64,000 nucleotides of DNA. Origin: Strigamia acuminata. Lineage: Eukaryota. Shown in pieces: positions 37,913 to 50,815 of the stretch (position 1 is the stretch's first letter; each line of letters begins with the position of its first letter). Below the pieces are notes generated by a model, which saw only the letters and a list, made by a program, of their open reading frames with translations, did no database searches and had not been told where the DNA came from. The position numbers and the translations under genes are program-made. The stretch is taken from contig OX442314.1 in the NCBI GenBank assembly GCA_949358305.1, positions 26,040,001-26,104,000 of the forward strand. Direction: 5' to 3'.

Positions 37913-40900
37913 TTCCAGCCGCATTGTAAAGGATACCACGTTCAATCAGCATCCCGCGCTCAATGAGAGCATTCAAGTTAGAAGAGAACGATGAGACTAA
38001 ATAAAAAACCTTTTCTTCGTTTCGTTAAATCACAATCAAGATTCCTTTGCCAGCGAGCCTCCACCACCGTGAATCCGATCCCGTCGCTGATCCCTCGCTC
38101 GTATCCTTAAGCTTGTGATAAGCCCAACCAATGGAGTTTCTCCAAAGAATTTCCAAACACGAGAGTTTAGCCGTACGTACGCCATTCCAAGAAACAAGTA
38201 TAAACCGAACCAACTTTTTCCACCGCATCAGAGATCACCTCGAATTGAAAACCAGCGCTTGTACACCCGACCCGCACGATAAGGAATGGAGCAGTCAGCT
38301 GCAAATGCCAGAAGCTCGCGAAATACGAATACTTGCAAATGATAGAAAATTACAAAGTGGTGGAAGGGATTGAACTGACCTGCAAGCCAGAAGGAGATTG
38401 GCGAGTGCAACGTGCAACGGCTTCTCCTCCCTCTAAGTATCAATTTCCTCCGCACCATCACTAAGTAATTCCTCTCGATCTCCACTGCACTCTTCCTAAA
38501 TAGCAGAGGACTGACTTAATTTTCTTATTAGAACGAGAAACCAGGCGCAAGAAAGAAGAGAAACTAGTTCCCAACAACTACCGCTGTTTGACAAACGGCA
38601 AAGTTTGCACACCGAACAAGCACCGCCGTATCCCCAGACACCGCAAGATGAAAAGTTCCCCAACTGACCATTCCAAGTTGAAGAACAATTCCCACAAGCA
38701 AAGAGAGGATGGACAAAGAACATCTTCTGCTCAAGAGACCGAGTTAAAGAAAAAAAAAAGAATCGTTTATTGATCCGGTCCAAAATATCGATCAAGCGAT
38801 ACAAGGCGAGCACTGAAATATTGAGACTGTGCAGTTGCATCTGGAAGGGTAAACACCAACTGATGCTTAATACTGTATACTAAGATAGGAAGTGGATCGT
38901 TCGAGTGCAGGAACCACTTGCCAGAAAACCAATAGCGTGCATAATGCAGTGGCGCTGGGTCAAGTGGTCTTAGCCGTCGATTGTCGCCATGGTGATGCGA
39001 TCCAATCAAAGAGAAAACAAGAAAACGAAATAAATTGACAGCATTACACAAACAAGTGCTGGTTTGAACCGAGAATTCAATCGGATGGACAAAATAAATG
39101 CAATTATGGTGATTTTGGAGTCGAAAGCGCTGTATATAATTGCGTGTGGTTATTATACAGGTGCAATCATCGCTGGTAATTGTGCGTCGTTTGTCAATCC
39201 GAGCTTCCCTCAACGTTTTATGGTTCTTGGAACAAGTCAGCTATCACAAGATTTGCCAATTTTAACTTGACAATTTCCCCATGTGCAAAATGACGTTCCA
39301 TCAACTGTAACTACTTTTCTAAAAGCATGGCCACACATCTCAGTTGGCACGCGATCAAATGGTTTCACAAATGTGGATACTACAAATGATTGACACTGAA
39401 ATCATGACGCACTCGATCCGGATCAAATTATATTTTTCTAGATCCGAACGGAAAAATGAATCAAGTTCGCATCAAATAATCAACGTCAATTAAGTTTCAT
39501 TTAAACCTATTATGTTGGTACGGTCGAAACTAAATAGTTAATATAGTTTAATTTAATAAACAGACAAGAAATGACGTCATTTTTGTTTTAAAATTGAACT
39601 AAAACACAAAATATTTTAATTTTTAAATGCAACCAGTGTACAAATTTGCGGTGGTTCCGACTAATTATTTTTATTTTAAACCGAAAACTCTAAACAAATT
39701 TAAATTATTGAATTTGGTTTATTAATTTAAAGGCTGTACGGTCAGTCGTTAAACAGATTAAATCGTGTTAATTAATATACAGCCGTAAAGCCCAAAAGCT
39801 TTGATCCTTAAATTAATATATGTTTACAAGCTTAAATACCAAACCTGCGACAACATTTGATTTCTCTCTAGGACATATGGTGCATATGGCATTTAGTGTC
39901 TGCTTGGCCCCATTCTCTCGTTTTTCCACAACACTTGCCAAAAAAAATAAAACAAACAAAAAAACTTGTCCTCCAGCACTTAGTTTTACCATTCGCACCA
40001 AAAAACTCATACTAAACAAAACATTTGCTCTTTAATTAATTCAAATTGATTTTTCCCACACTCATTAAATGTACATAAGTGACAAATAAGCCACCTTCTA
40101 CACCCACCCATTCCATCATTAGATTAAACCTTTTAATCAATCAACAACTTTAAAACAATAATAACATAAATTGACCGAGAAATGCTGATTGAACGCACAA
40201 ACGCAGCTAGAAAGTGCAAAAATCTATTTTTCAAGTGGCTAAAATGCATTCTAAAATACTAATATGTATATTTTATGTGCAGAAATTTACTCCACAAACC
40301 CCAAAAAACCGATCAATTGTGACTGGTATGGTCTTCGCTAGTGCAATCAGGGGACTGAAGACACTAGTTTGGGACGCATACTCACGTAAATAACAGAAAC
40401 TCCCCTAATATTGGTTGGTTGGCCTTTATTAATGTTGTCTAGGGGTATGGGGAATCCCGTTACCCGTTGCGGGAACTTCAAACGCACCTTATTTAATTAC
40501 CACCTAATCATTTTGTACGCCGGAGAAATCTCGGCTCTTTCAATAGAGCACGATATCCTTTCTGCATCTCGTGCTGATATTTCTGCTTGCATTCAAGGAA
40601 AAATTATAAGCGCAAACTGCAGAAAAGATCCGTCTTTGATTTGTCACCGGGTTTTAACTTTAATTGATAATAGCCCTTTATCAAATCCAGTGTCGTAAAG
40701 AAGACACTCCCACCTAGACACGCCAAAATCATAAAAATCGACGGCTTTCATATATTCTATAAAAGCATTTACTGTGCTCCTACTAGTACTTCGAACACGT
40801 AAATCTCTACACACACTCCACACTCCTCTAGATATACAATCCTCAAGCAGCAAGAAAATTTATTTCACAATAATGTGAATAGGACAAGAAACATTTAGTG

Positions 40901-42032
40901 TCCAGTGCTTCACTGTATTCTTAAAATCTCTACTTAGTCCCAGTAGCTCTAGTAGAGCAATAAAGAAACGTTAGGAAATGAAATCCTCACAATGGACGGC
41001 GAAGAGAGCGAGAGAAAGCGAAGAAGAAGAAGGATGATGGGATCCCAGTGAAAAACAAGCATCAATTGAAGCCGGGGTTGAGTAGACAGTGGTGGTCCAC
41101 GAGGGAACTGGCGTCATCGTATTGAACATTGGTAATGTCGGTGGAGGAAAGAGGCTTGCCTGATTGAACATTGAAGAGACAAGAAGAATGTCTATTGACA
41201 CAAAAGATTCGACACTTGAAAGACATCCGAGCGAGGACAACGAAAAAAAAAAACCAGAAAAAGAAAAATTCGACAAAGAATTGTGTCAATATGCACAAGA
41301 CCGATTCTGACATTTATTTTCCAGGATTGAGACGAACAACAAAAAAAAAATTTTCATGTCAAAGTCGACCTGTGGGAGATATTTTAGTGCGCGTCTTTTG
41401 CTAGGTGCTAATTAATGTGCGAGTAATGTGGGTTGGCGTTCATCGGTCCCCGGTGTAAGCAACGCCACTGGAATTTGTGGGTTGACTTAATTCCATTACA
41501 CGACAGCCCAAGAGACGCAAAAGTGCCAATTAAAATCACAAATCACACACGAGATAAAAGGGCGAGAAGAAGGAAGGAAAAAACTCGTGGATTTACTTGG
41601 GCGTTTGGTGCAAATGACAAGTCCTGCCGGGCAATTACACAAACCCTTGTTGTACTTGTACAAAGGAAGACTTCGAACAAATGAGAAAGGGGGAGTTTGG
41701 TCACGAGTGAAAAGTGGACTTGGCCTTTTGTGCTTCGTTTCTTTAGAAAACCACCTTGCAAAGGAAGCAAGGCTGTCGATTCAACAGCTTGGCGTCCGTT
41801 ATTTGTTAAGCTGTTGATCCATTCAGGTGCTTTGCTGGCAATAAGGCCAATATCAGGCAAAAGTTTACTCGCTTTTCTCAAATCATGCTTGGCTCGATCT
41901 ATGTAGGCAAATTCGTGCCAATCTTTTGTGAAAATCGCCAATAATTAACCCAACTAGGGAAATGTGGCTTTCTTCATAATTCACTTCCATTAATGAGTAG
42001 GTGAGCCGTGTTGTTGGAACCGTTGTTGAGTA

Positions 42033-42435
42033 TACTCTGGCTCGTCGTAAGTGGGTACGCAGTTCCTATTGGCCGAGCCTGTTTACTCCTAACTGTTGCC
42101 TTTATACTACCACCAGGAAATGTAGTTTTGTTTTTAATTTGTTTGATTATTGTAATGGTTGAAATGATGTTAATTGACTTTTATTAATAATAAAATGTTT
42201 TAAAAAATCTTAAAGCAATGTTTTATGCTGTTATTTTTTCAGAATACGTGTTTGTTCAGTTCGTTCAGTTTATTGGTTGCTTTTTCAGGAAAGCAAGCAA
42301 TTTTTGAATTTTATGATTGATTGTTTTGTCTGGCAAGCACTCAACATGTATTTTGGCCTATTTTAATGTATACCTACACCAGTGAAATGGCTCGGCCAAT
42401 AGGAACTGGGTACCCACTTACGATGAGCCAGAGTA
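42033..42435. mobile_element. Complete TACTC MITE with a different ~47-bp TIR, TA TSD
   Basis: TACTCTGGCTCGTCGTAAGTGGGTAC..TTCCTATTGGCCGAGCC and its reverse complement at the right end; shares the ctggtgtag and actcctaact cores with 27479-27904. Confidence 0.92.
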
Positions 42436-42606
42436 TAGAACCTTTGGGGTGCATTTTTTTGTGTTCAGCTAGATTAACACTGCATAATTGGCTGGCTGCT
42501 ATTTCTTGCTGAAACTAGTATAAACTACAGTTTGCGCAAGTTCATTCTGCCCATATTTCCTAATTCCAGTCGTTATTTAGCAGTGTTAAGCCTAATAATG
42601 AACGCA

Positions 42607-43033
42607 CCCATATGGTTAAAAAATACAATGGAATTTATTTTGCACTAGGTGCGTTCAATTTGCGAAAGGAAAGAAAAATCTTTCTTTTTCGTACTTTTGC
42701 ATGAGGAAGAAAAGGCACTTTTGAATAAACGCACTTATTTGTTGTTACTTTCCTTTTGTTTGTGCTTGCTCAAATCCAAGTTTTTGTATGCTGTAATCCG
42801 GGTTTTAGTACACAAAAATCTGGTTTCTAATGTATTGCAATATACTTTGTAACACATTTTTGGCTGCTATTGCTTTGCAAATGATAATACATTTTGTAAA
42901 ATGCATTTATTCAATTGTATTGTAAAACGCTTTATTTAAATTATTTAATGTGCAAATAACACACATAATTCCTCAAAATGTTACAAATTTTGGAAAACAA
43001 TATATTATGAAATATATTTTTGAACCATATGGG
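42607..43033. mobile_element. MITE family D copy
   Basis: TIR cccatatggttaaaaaata / tatttttgaaccatatggg. Confidence 0.8.
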
Positions 43034-45001
43034 CAGTGTGGACATACCAATGTCTTGATGCGGTATCTTGAAACACTAAATTCCATCTTTTTTGCAAACA
43101 AAAACAAAACACAAAAGTCTAAAATTGTTTATTGCACACAACTGACTAGTACCAGTTCCTGCTATTATTTTTAAAAATTGTTGTGGCTATGCATATAGAG
43201 CAGGAATTTCGTCTTTCAGGGGCAATGCTTCACTGCAAGTACAAAATGCTAAAATCCAAAAATGACACCGGGAATGGTATTAAATCATCGGCGACGAATT
43301 CCCACTTTTGTCGAGAATTCATGGAAATATATATGTATTTTTTTTAGAAAACCTGTCACATTTTGAGCATCCAACATGACACATCGTTTGGGCATTTTGC
43401 CTTGGTTGCTAGACAGATTCGTCCAAAAAATCTCAATGGCACTTCAAATGGCTTTGTACCATTCGTCAGTCGTCACGCCACTTCCGGTCTCTTTGCTTTT
43501 TCCAACTCGACTACTTCAATTGCTTCTCTCATAAATTTATATAATACAAAAAAAAATAAGTTTTTACATCTACACAAACAACATTTCATTCCCAACCTTT
43601 TATAATATCTTATTTCACCAATTGCTTCCATCCCAGGATAAAAAAAAAAAACAATTCAAAAAATAAATATGACTTACTGAAATTACACATTAGCTTGCAT
43701 GACATCACAACAGTCACAAAAGCCTCACCAAAACTAAACTTATGGAAGTTGGCATAAATATTGTTTTGGTATATACGATTTTCCTTTATTGCAACGTGAA
43801 GCAAAGAAAAAACCAAACAACCACTAAGCTTTAAAGAAGCAATGATAAGACTACACTATATCACCATTCCGCAAAATTCTGTCAATACGAATATATTGAG
43901 TTGTGGGTATAAATATGGTCATCTGTAATGGCTTTAAGCTCCATCACACAACTTTTCTTTACTGTTATTTTTACTAAGCTTTCGCGCCGTTGCTCAACAA
44001 CTGTGATCCGATTGGCATCCATCGATCATTACACTCCCGACATTAAAATGACATTAGATGCGTTCAATTCTGGAAGATGAGTGACTTATCTTCTTTAAAT
44101 ACCTTATAAAAGGCAGAACTGACAAAAATTTTGCCACGGCTTATAAAAATCTTCGAAGTCACTCGAAGATACTTATACCAAGACTCGCACTAAATGAAGG
44201 CTAAACTACCGGCTACCGTCGAGTTTCTTTGAAAACTGTAATTTGTAAAACATTGTTGAAAAATTCGAATATACCCCCATGGTGTTATATTCAGATATGT
44301 ATAAAAATATTTAAAACGTACAGTATATCGTTGTTTTTGTTAATTGATATATCTTTTTTGTTTTTTTAATCAGCGTAATGAATACAAATTAATAGAGTAA
44401 ATAACAATTTTACTTTTTCGACAAACTTACATGATATTGGCTAAATACAACACCATGGTCTTATTTTCAGGTGAAGACGGTAGCCTACAGATGACATTGT
44501 CTACAAAATAATTAGGCTAATGTGTTCGCACCACGATTGCCAATAAACAATCAACTGACCGTGCACAGGGAATTAGGAAAGTCTTCTGGGCTTGCTTTGG
44601 CAGTTATCTAGTTCACACAACTGACTTAGGATTATCTGGTTTGAATGTTTTTAAACTAGATAATTTTGGGCTACATGCTTTCGCACTAATTCTCAGACCT
44701 ACGTTCCACTGTTAAGCTAGCTCAAATTTTCTGGTGCAAACAAGGTATTGCTGTATTCAGCACCATAAAAACAACACACTGCAACAGTGCTTGTATCTTT
44801 TCCCTTGTCAACATCCTAAGTTCTAGGTTAGGGGGGAAGAATTAAAAATAAACAACTGTTTCGGATTTACACCAGAGTGCAGTGTTTTCTTTTGCATGGT
44901 GGGCCTGACAAGTGGATTCATGTGGGATTGTGTCAATCCAGTAGTCAAGCGAGAGTAAGGACGTTCAATCGGGCAACGAACACTCTGGCTTCTAAAAGTA
45001 A

Positions 45002-45150
45002 TAGGGGGAATCAGAAAATGGAGAAAATACTTAACTGCACTTATTGGCTTAAACATGGCAATGTCACTGCGCATGCTCAGTGCGTATTTACGAGCATGTG
45101 TTTTTGGCATACCAGCTCCTAACAAATGCCACTAAAAAGCGGAATTAAAA
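45002..45150 (+). mobile_element. Partial copy of the TAGGGGGAA MITE
   Basis: Aligns to 52484-52630 (aatgtcactgcgcatgctcag...aacaaatgccac). Confidence 0.75.
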
Positions 45151-46389
45151 AATATGCAGGAGAGTTATCTTAACTGCTGCTACACAAGCATTGCTGACCA
45201 CTATACTGAACAGGAAAAACCAAAATAAAATAAATAAATAAAAGATAAGCCACCCTCCAATTGATTTCCATATCTTCTTTATAGAACTTATGCATTTGCG
45301 GCCATTTGTAAATTATCCAAACTTTCCAATGCACAATTGCGATGTTTAATCATTCATTATGTTACTTGGGTACACTTTAGTATGATATTACAGTCAGTCC
45401 GGAAAGTTTTGAATAATCCAAATTTTTATGAGAACATCATTGTTTGAAGATATTATCTTGCATTTCAACAAACCCAGAAAATTAAAACTTATTCAGTTAA
45501 TGTATTAACTTACACAAAAGACTTAAAACAGATTGAATGTTTGTCAAGTTCCATATTCATTCTTGTCTTTACCATAGTTAGGAGATTGAATTGGCTTATC
45601 ACTATTGAATTAAATTCTCTGTCAAAAGAATTCCATTAACGGCATTCTACAGTCAGCACAAATGGTATGATTTATCAATACTCATTTCATTGTACACACC
45701 AATAAAAATATTCGATTGATGAAAAAAAAAAAGTGAATGTGTTTTCCCTAATGCTTTTGCCTGATCAATACTTCTTTCATTTAGACACTCAAAATGAAAC
45801 ATAGATGTCACTAACAAAAAAAATCTCCTAGGCCATGGATTTTGGCAAATCATAAACAATAAGAATCAATCAATTTCTTTCATAATCTGTCAAGTGCAAA
45901 CAAACATACGAAACTTATTTATTACAGTAATTCTCTCGATATTATAACTAAAGACTTGATAAAAATGATGCATATAGACATTTTTATCGACTACACGGCC
46001 AACTTAAGTAAGGAATAACGTGCAAACAAATACTTAGTTGGAAATAACTATAATAAAAAAATGGAAAAACTTGACATTCCGTAAATACTGCGAAAACATT
46101 AATTAAGAATGATACTAGAAGCTGACAATTTATTTATCGATAACTCACTGCCATCAATAATTAATAGTGGAATATTAACTGTCAACATGAAATATATTTA
46201 TTACATGCTGATTGCCACAACCACTGGGGACCCAGAAACACAGCCATCCAATACTACTATGCACAAAGTCCGTTTTAATTGGAATCAAAAGATAGGACCG
46301 GCATTCAAGTAAATTCTCGTATGCTCTTTGTGATTTAGAAATTCAGCAAGTCAACTGCTAATTCTGCTTTACAACCAGCCCAGGTTTAA

Positions 46390-46812
46390 GCATCTATTTG
46401 TCTAAAAATGCATCTATTTGTCTAAAAAATGCATCTATTTGTCTAAAAATGCATCTATTTGTCTAAAAAATGCATCTATTTGTTTAAAAATGCAAATATT
46501 TGTCTAAAAATGCGTCAATTTGTCTAAAAAATGCACCTATTTGTCTAAAAATGCATCTATTTGTCTAAAAATGCATCTATTTGTCTAAAAAATGCATCTA
46601 TTTGTTTAAAAATGCAAATATTTGTCTAAAAATGCGTCAATTTGTCTAAAAAATGCACCTATTTGTCTAAAAATGCATCTATTTGTCTAAAAATGTATCT
46701 ATTTGTCTTAAAATACATCAATTTGTCTAAAAAATGCATCTATTTGTCTAAAAATGCATCAATTTGTCTAAAAATGCATCTATTTGTCTAAAAATGCATC
46801 TATTTCTCTAAA
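46390..46812. repeat. 20-21 bp satellite (aaaatgcatctatttgtcta) with a ~122-bp higher-order repeat
   Basis: About twenty units; the variant pair gcaaatatt/gcgtcaatt recurs ~122 bp apart. Confidence 0.95.
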
Positions 46813-48552
46813 ATTATCCAAAAAGTGACTTTTGAAACATGAATTTTAGAAATCATGACGAAATTTCCTTTACTTCCGCCTCTTATAAAGCGCTAAAGGA
46901 AAAATAAGTTACTTATCATCTCAGAATTAAACACACCTATTAATAAATACCGGTAACGACATGACGTTTCATTTTATCAGGCAAACACTGTTTTTCTTCC
47001 ATATTCCTTCCTCAAAGAAAAAAAGCAAAAGTCATTCATCCTCGGCCCATACTGACTCCATACATTATTCGGGCCAAAAGGCAATATCAGTTTCGTATTG
47101 AAAAAAGAGCCTGGGCCCAACATTCAGACCTCAAAACAAGCAATCTTGAAACAAACAATCAAAAATATAAGCCCAACAATCCAAACTGAAAACAACTCAA
47201 GAGCTGCACACACAAATCTTGCTTTTCAATTTCACTCCAACTGCATCCACATAACTTCCTACTCAGCACTAACTCCACCCATTTCTTCCAAGAAGAAATT
47301 CATCTCGGACTCAATTCAAACATGATTCATTACAGTATTAACTAATTTCAGAGCGCCATTATACACTCCACTCGAGAGGAAACAATTTACATCAACAGAC
47401 AATTGAGGATAAGGACCTATAAATTGCTACAATTATCCACAATCATCTGATAAGACGAAATAAAAATGGAAAAAACTCGTGTCAGATATTAATCACATCC
47501 ACCCACATTTTCTCAAACGCGGTGGAACAAAATTAACACTTAAAACCCATTCCTATTCACAGTTGCAGCCCCACATTTCATTCATTAGCTCAGATCAATG
47601 ATAACCTTCAATTGATAATGAAATTTAATCTACATCTGTTTCAATAACCACCGATTGTTATTCAAATGAAATGCCCTCCACTCGGCTTGACAAGGTCAAA
47701 CCTCCATTAAGCATAAACCTACTTTACTGTGCACTCATAATGCACAATACAAGGACAAAGTTAAGCATGAAAAACAAGCTATAAAGAGATAAAAGTGCAG
47801 GAAATACAGATTAAGCCGCAAGTTTGTATACAAAAGGAGGATGTGCTTACTAAATCTCTTCGCTAATACTTTGATTTCATTTTATTTTAGCCGTCGCGGA
47901 GGAAAAAAAATTGAAAAATACTGTTAAGAAAGACTGTAATTGGCACCAAAAGTCTGACACAAAAGAAACTTTTGTGCATACAAAAACCTGTCAGCTGCCA
48001 CCTTGTCACATTAATTATCTTCTGGTGTTAGAGGGAAAATGAGAAAAAGGATCTCAAGGGGGGAGTGAGGAAGAGTAAAATAGGAAAAGAGAGAAAGAGT
48101 ATATTCCACCATCTCCCAAGATGAAAGAAAAAAATTGACAAGACAAGAAGAGAAGTGGTGCAGGGGACTCCCTTCTCATTTCAGTGTGAAAATAATTGCT
48201 GTAGCCCAGCACCACTTCTTCTTCCCCGTCGTCTTTTTTCTTTTTTTTCTTTCTCTTTTCTTGTTTCAAGTTTGAAAAAAAGAAATGTTCAAAACGGTTA
48301 TCATTAAGTTTCTAAGACTTGACGTTTATTTTTTTTTTCAGTCTAAAGTTTGCTTTCCGTAAGCCGAACTGTTTGGAAGTACGAAAACATTTGTCTCCAA
48401 AGTACAACATTTCAGGCAATGAGTTAAAATCTAAACATTATTTAGAATATTGTTTTATTCTAAAATGTCATCTTGCTACTTCACAGTAAAAACTTCATTA
48501 AGATCAATACAATGCAGTTCTTCGTTATTTAAAGTGGTTTATTATTCGTTTA

Positions 48553-49095
48553 ACGCAGTTTTTCATTGTTTAGAAGCAGTTTTTCATTGTTTAGAAGCAG
48601 TTTTTCATTGTTTAGAAGCAGTTTTTCATTGTTAAGAGCAGTTTTTCATTGTTAAGAAGCAGTTTTTCATTGTTTAGAGCAGTTTTTCATTGTTTGGAAG
48701 AGTTTTTAATTGTTAGGAGCAGTTTTTCATTGTTTAAAGGAGATTTTCATTGTTTAGAGCAGTTTTTCATTGTTTAGAAGCAGTTTTTCATTGTTTGGAG
48801 AAGTTTTTCATTGTTTAGAAGCAGTTTTTCATTGTTAAGAGCAGTTTTCATTGTTTAGAGGAGATTTTCATTGTTCAAAAACAACTTCATTATTCAAACA
48901 ATGACAAACTTCTCTAAAGAATGAAAAACTGCTTTAAACAACAAAAAAATCTGCTCTAAACAATGAAAAACTGCATTAAACAAGAAAAAAAATGATTAAA
49001 CAATGTAAAACTGCAGTCTAAAATACAAAAAAATCTGCATAAACAATGAAAAGCAGCGTTAAACAGTTAAAAACAGCTTTAAACAATTGAAAACT
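48553..49095. repeat. 20-21 bp satellite (gcagtttttcattgtttaga) followed by a diverged inverted arm
   Basis: Forward units at 48553-48876; reverse-complement units (taaacaatgaaaaactgc) at 48914-49095. Confidence 0.9.
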
Positions 49096-50012
49096 GTGGC
49101 TGAAGCATTCACCAGCCAACAAAACCTGTAGAATTACAACAAAAACAAAAACACCTTCAGAATTTGAATTAGAATAGAACAACACAACCTCCTCTATCGG
49201 GCAGAACAAAGGCAAACCACAAAGACCACTAACTTACTAAATTAAACTCTAATTAAACCATTATATCAACATACGTCAAATTGCAATAAAAAAAACTTGG
49301 ATCCAACATTTCTTAGTTATCATTTTCCAAGAAAAAGAAACGTCAATCGGCTCAATTTAAGCAGATTGTTCCTTCAAAAAAATATAATGAAATGGGTTTA
49401 AGTTGAAAAAGAAGATTTTAATTATCTACTGATTTGAATTTGAAATTAATAAAAATGATAAAAAGAAAGGGTTGAATGGGTGGCACTAATTAGTCTTTTC
49501 CATCATGTGTTCCCTCTGTCTCAGAGATAAGAATAAGACTTGAAATTGAGTTGGAGAAAAATTTACAGCTTTCATTTTCCCTTTTCCATCTACACCTGAG
49601 GACCTAAATTCCCAGTCACTTAATTAAAAAAAAAATTAAAAAAAAAATATTTTTCCAAAAAAAAAAAAAAATTAATAAGAAAAGTTAACATGGCTGTCAC
49701 ATATTATGGCACCCAACCAAAAACAATAAAGAAGATTTATTTACTTATAAAAATAATCAAACTTTTAATTTGGCATTTGATAAATAAAGGATAATTTAAT
49801 GAAGAAAAAAAAAAAAGAAAAATACAAAGTTGAGTGCAAAGACATGTTCAAGTAAATAGAAATTATTCAAGATGGAGGGTAATTTGCAATTGAATATATT
49901 CCACCTTTTCAAATGTGCAGAAAGAAGTGGATGAAAAATCAATTGAATAGCATGGCATTATTTGAAACCTATCAAAATCTAATCTAACATTCATTTCCTT
50001 TTTATATCAATA

Positions 50013-50345
50013 AGGGGTTTCATAAATGACACACTGCATTATTGAGGACCCACACCAGGCCCAAGTGATTATTCTGTAATGTCACGTAACTTTTTTTTGT
50101 ATTTATTTTGTATTTTTTTTAATTAAATTAATTATTTACTTTAATTTTTTTTAAATATTTACAACCGACTCTTTCCCTTAGTTTAAGCACTCTTCAGCAC
50201 TAAAAACTCCTTTTCAGACGATTATAAATAAGCGCTGAAGCGATTATTCATGTGATTAGTCCGCATAGGTCACGTGATAATCACTTCAGCGCAATAATCG
50301 TCACAATCGTAATAATCACTTCAGCGTGTCATTTATGAAACCCCT
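50013..50345. mobile_element. PIF/Harbinger-like MITE
   Basis: Perfect 20-bp TIR aggggtttcataaatgacac / gtgtcatttatgaaacccct in TA(A)/T(T)A context. Confidence 0.88.
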
Positions 50346-50546
50346 TAGTAACAAGTAATAAATCACAAATCAAAAATTATGTTTGTTTAGAATTTTTAAA
50401 TGTACCAAATATGAATAAGTTGCTACTTGCAGTTAAACATGTTTTATTGTTTAAACGTTGTGCGCAAACTCACCACAATTGAAAACAGACTAAATTGGCT
50501 GCCATTGGATGACTGCAATCACGTGTCATGCATTGCTCGCCAACTA

Positions 50547-50815
50547 TACTCCGTTCCGGTACAAGGTGGTCTTAATTCACTGGTGTAGTGGCACAAAAAA
50601 GTAGCCCTTAACACATTGTTTAATTGATTAAAAGGGAAAAAAGCTTATTTTTAGCAAATAAAGTAAATATTTTATTACCAATTAAATAAAATCCATACTT
50701 CTAATCACTTTTTACACTTAAATTCATTGAAAATAAACAGAACTACTTTTCCGCGTAGACGTAATCCACCAGTGATAAGGCTGGAATTAAAACCACCTTG
50801 TACCGGAACGGAGTA
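50547..50815. mobile_element. Complete TACTC MITE with a third TIR type; TA TSD confirmed by an empty site
   Basis: TACTCCGTTCCGGTACAAGGTGGT / ACCACCTTGTACCGGAACGGAGTA; core actggtgtagtg; the host repeat is uninterrupted at 9212-9296. Confidence 0.93.

Noticed and set aside
38496..39213. 114-aa and 148-aa minus-strand ORFs, one starting right after cccttccAG
   Set aside because: No recognisable domain, they contain homopolymer-derived runs, and I found no convincing donor; more likely a CpG-rich regulatory patch.
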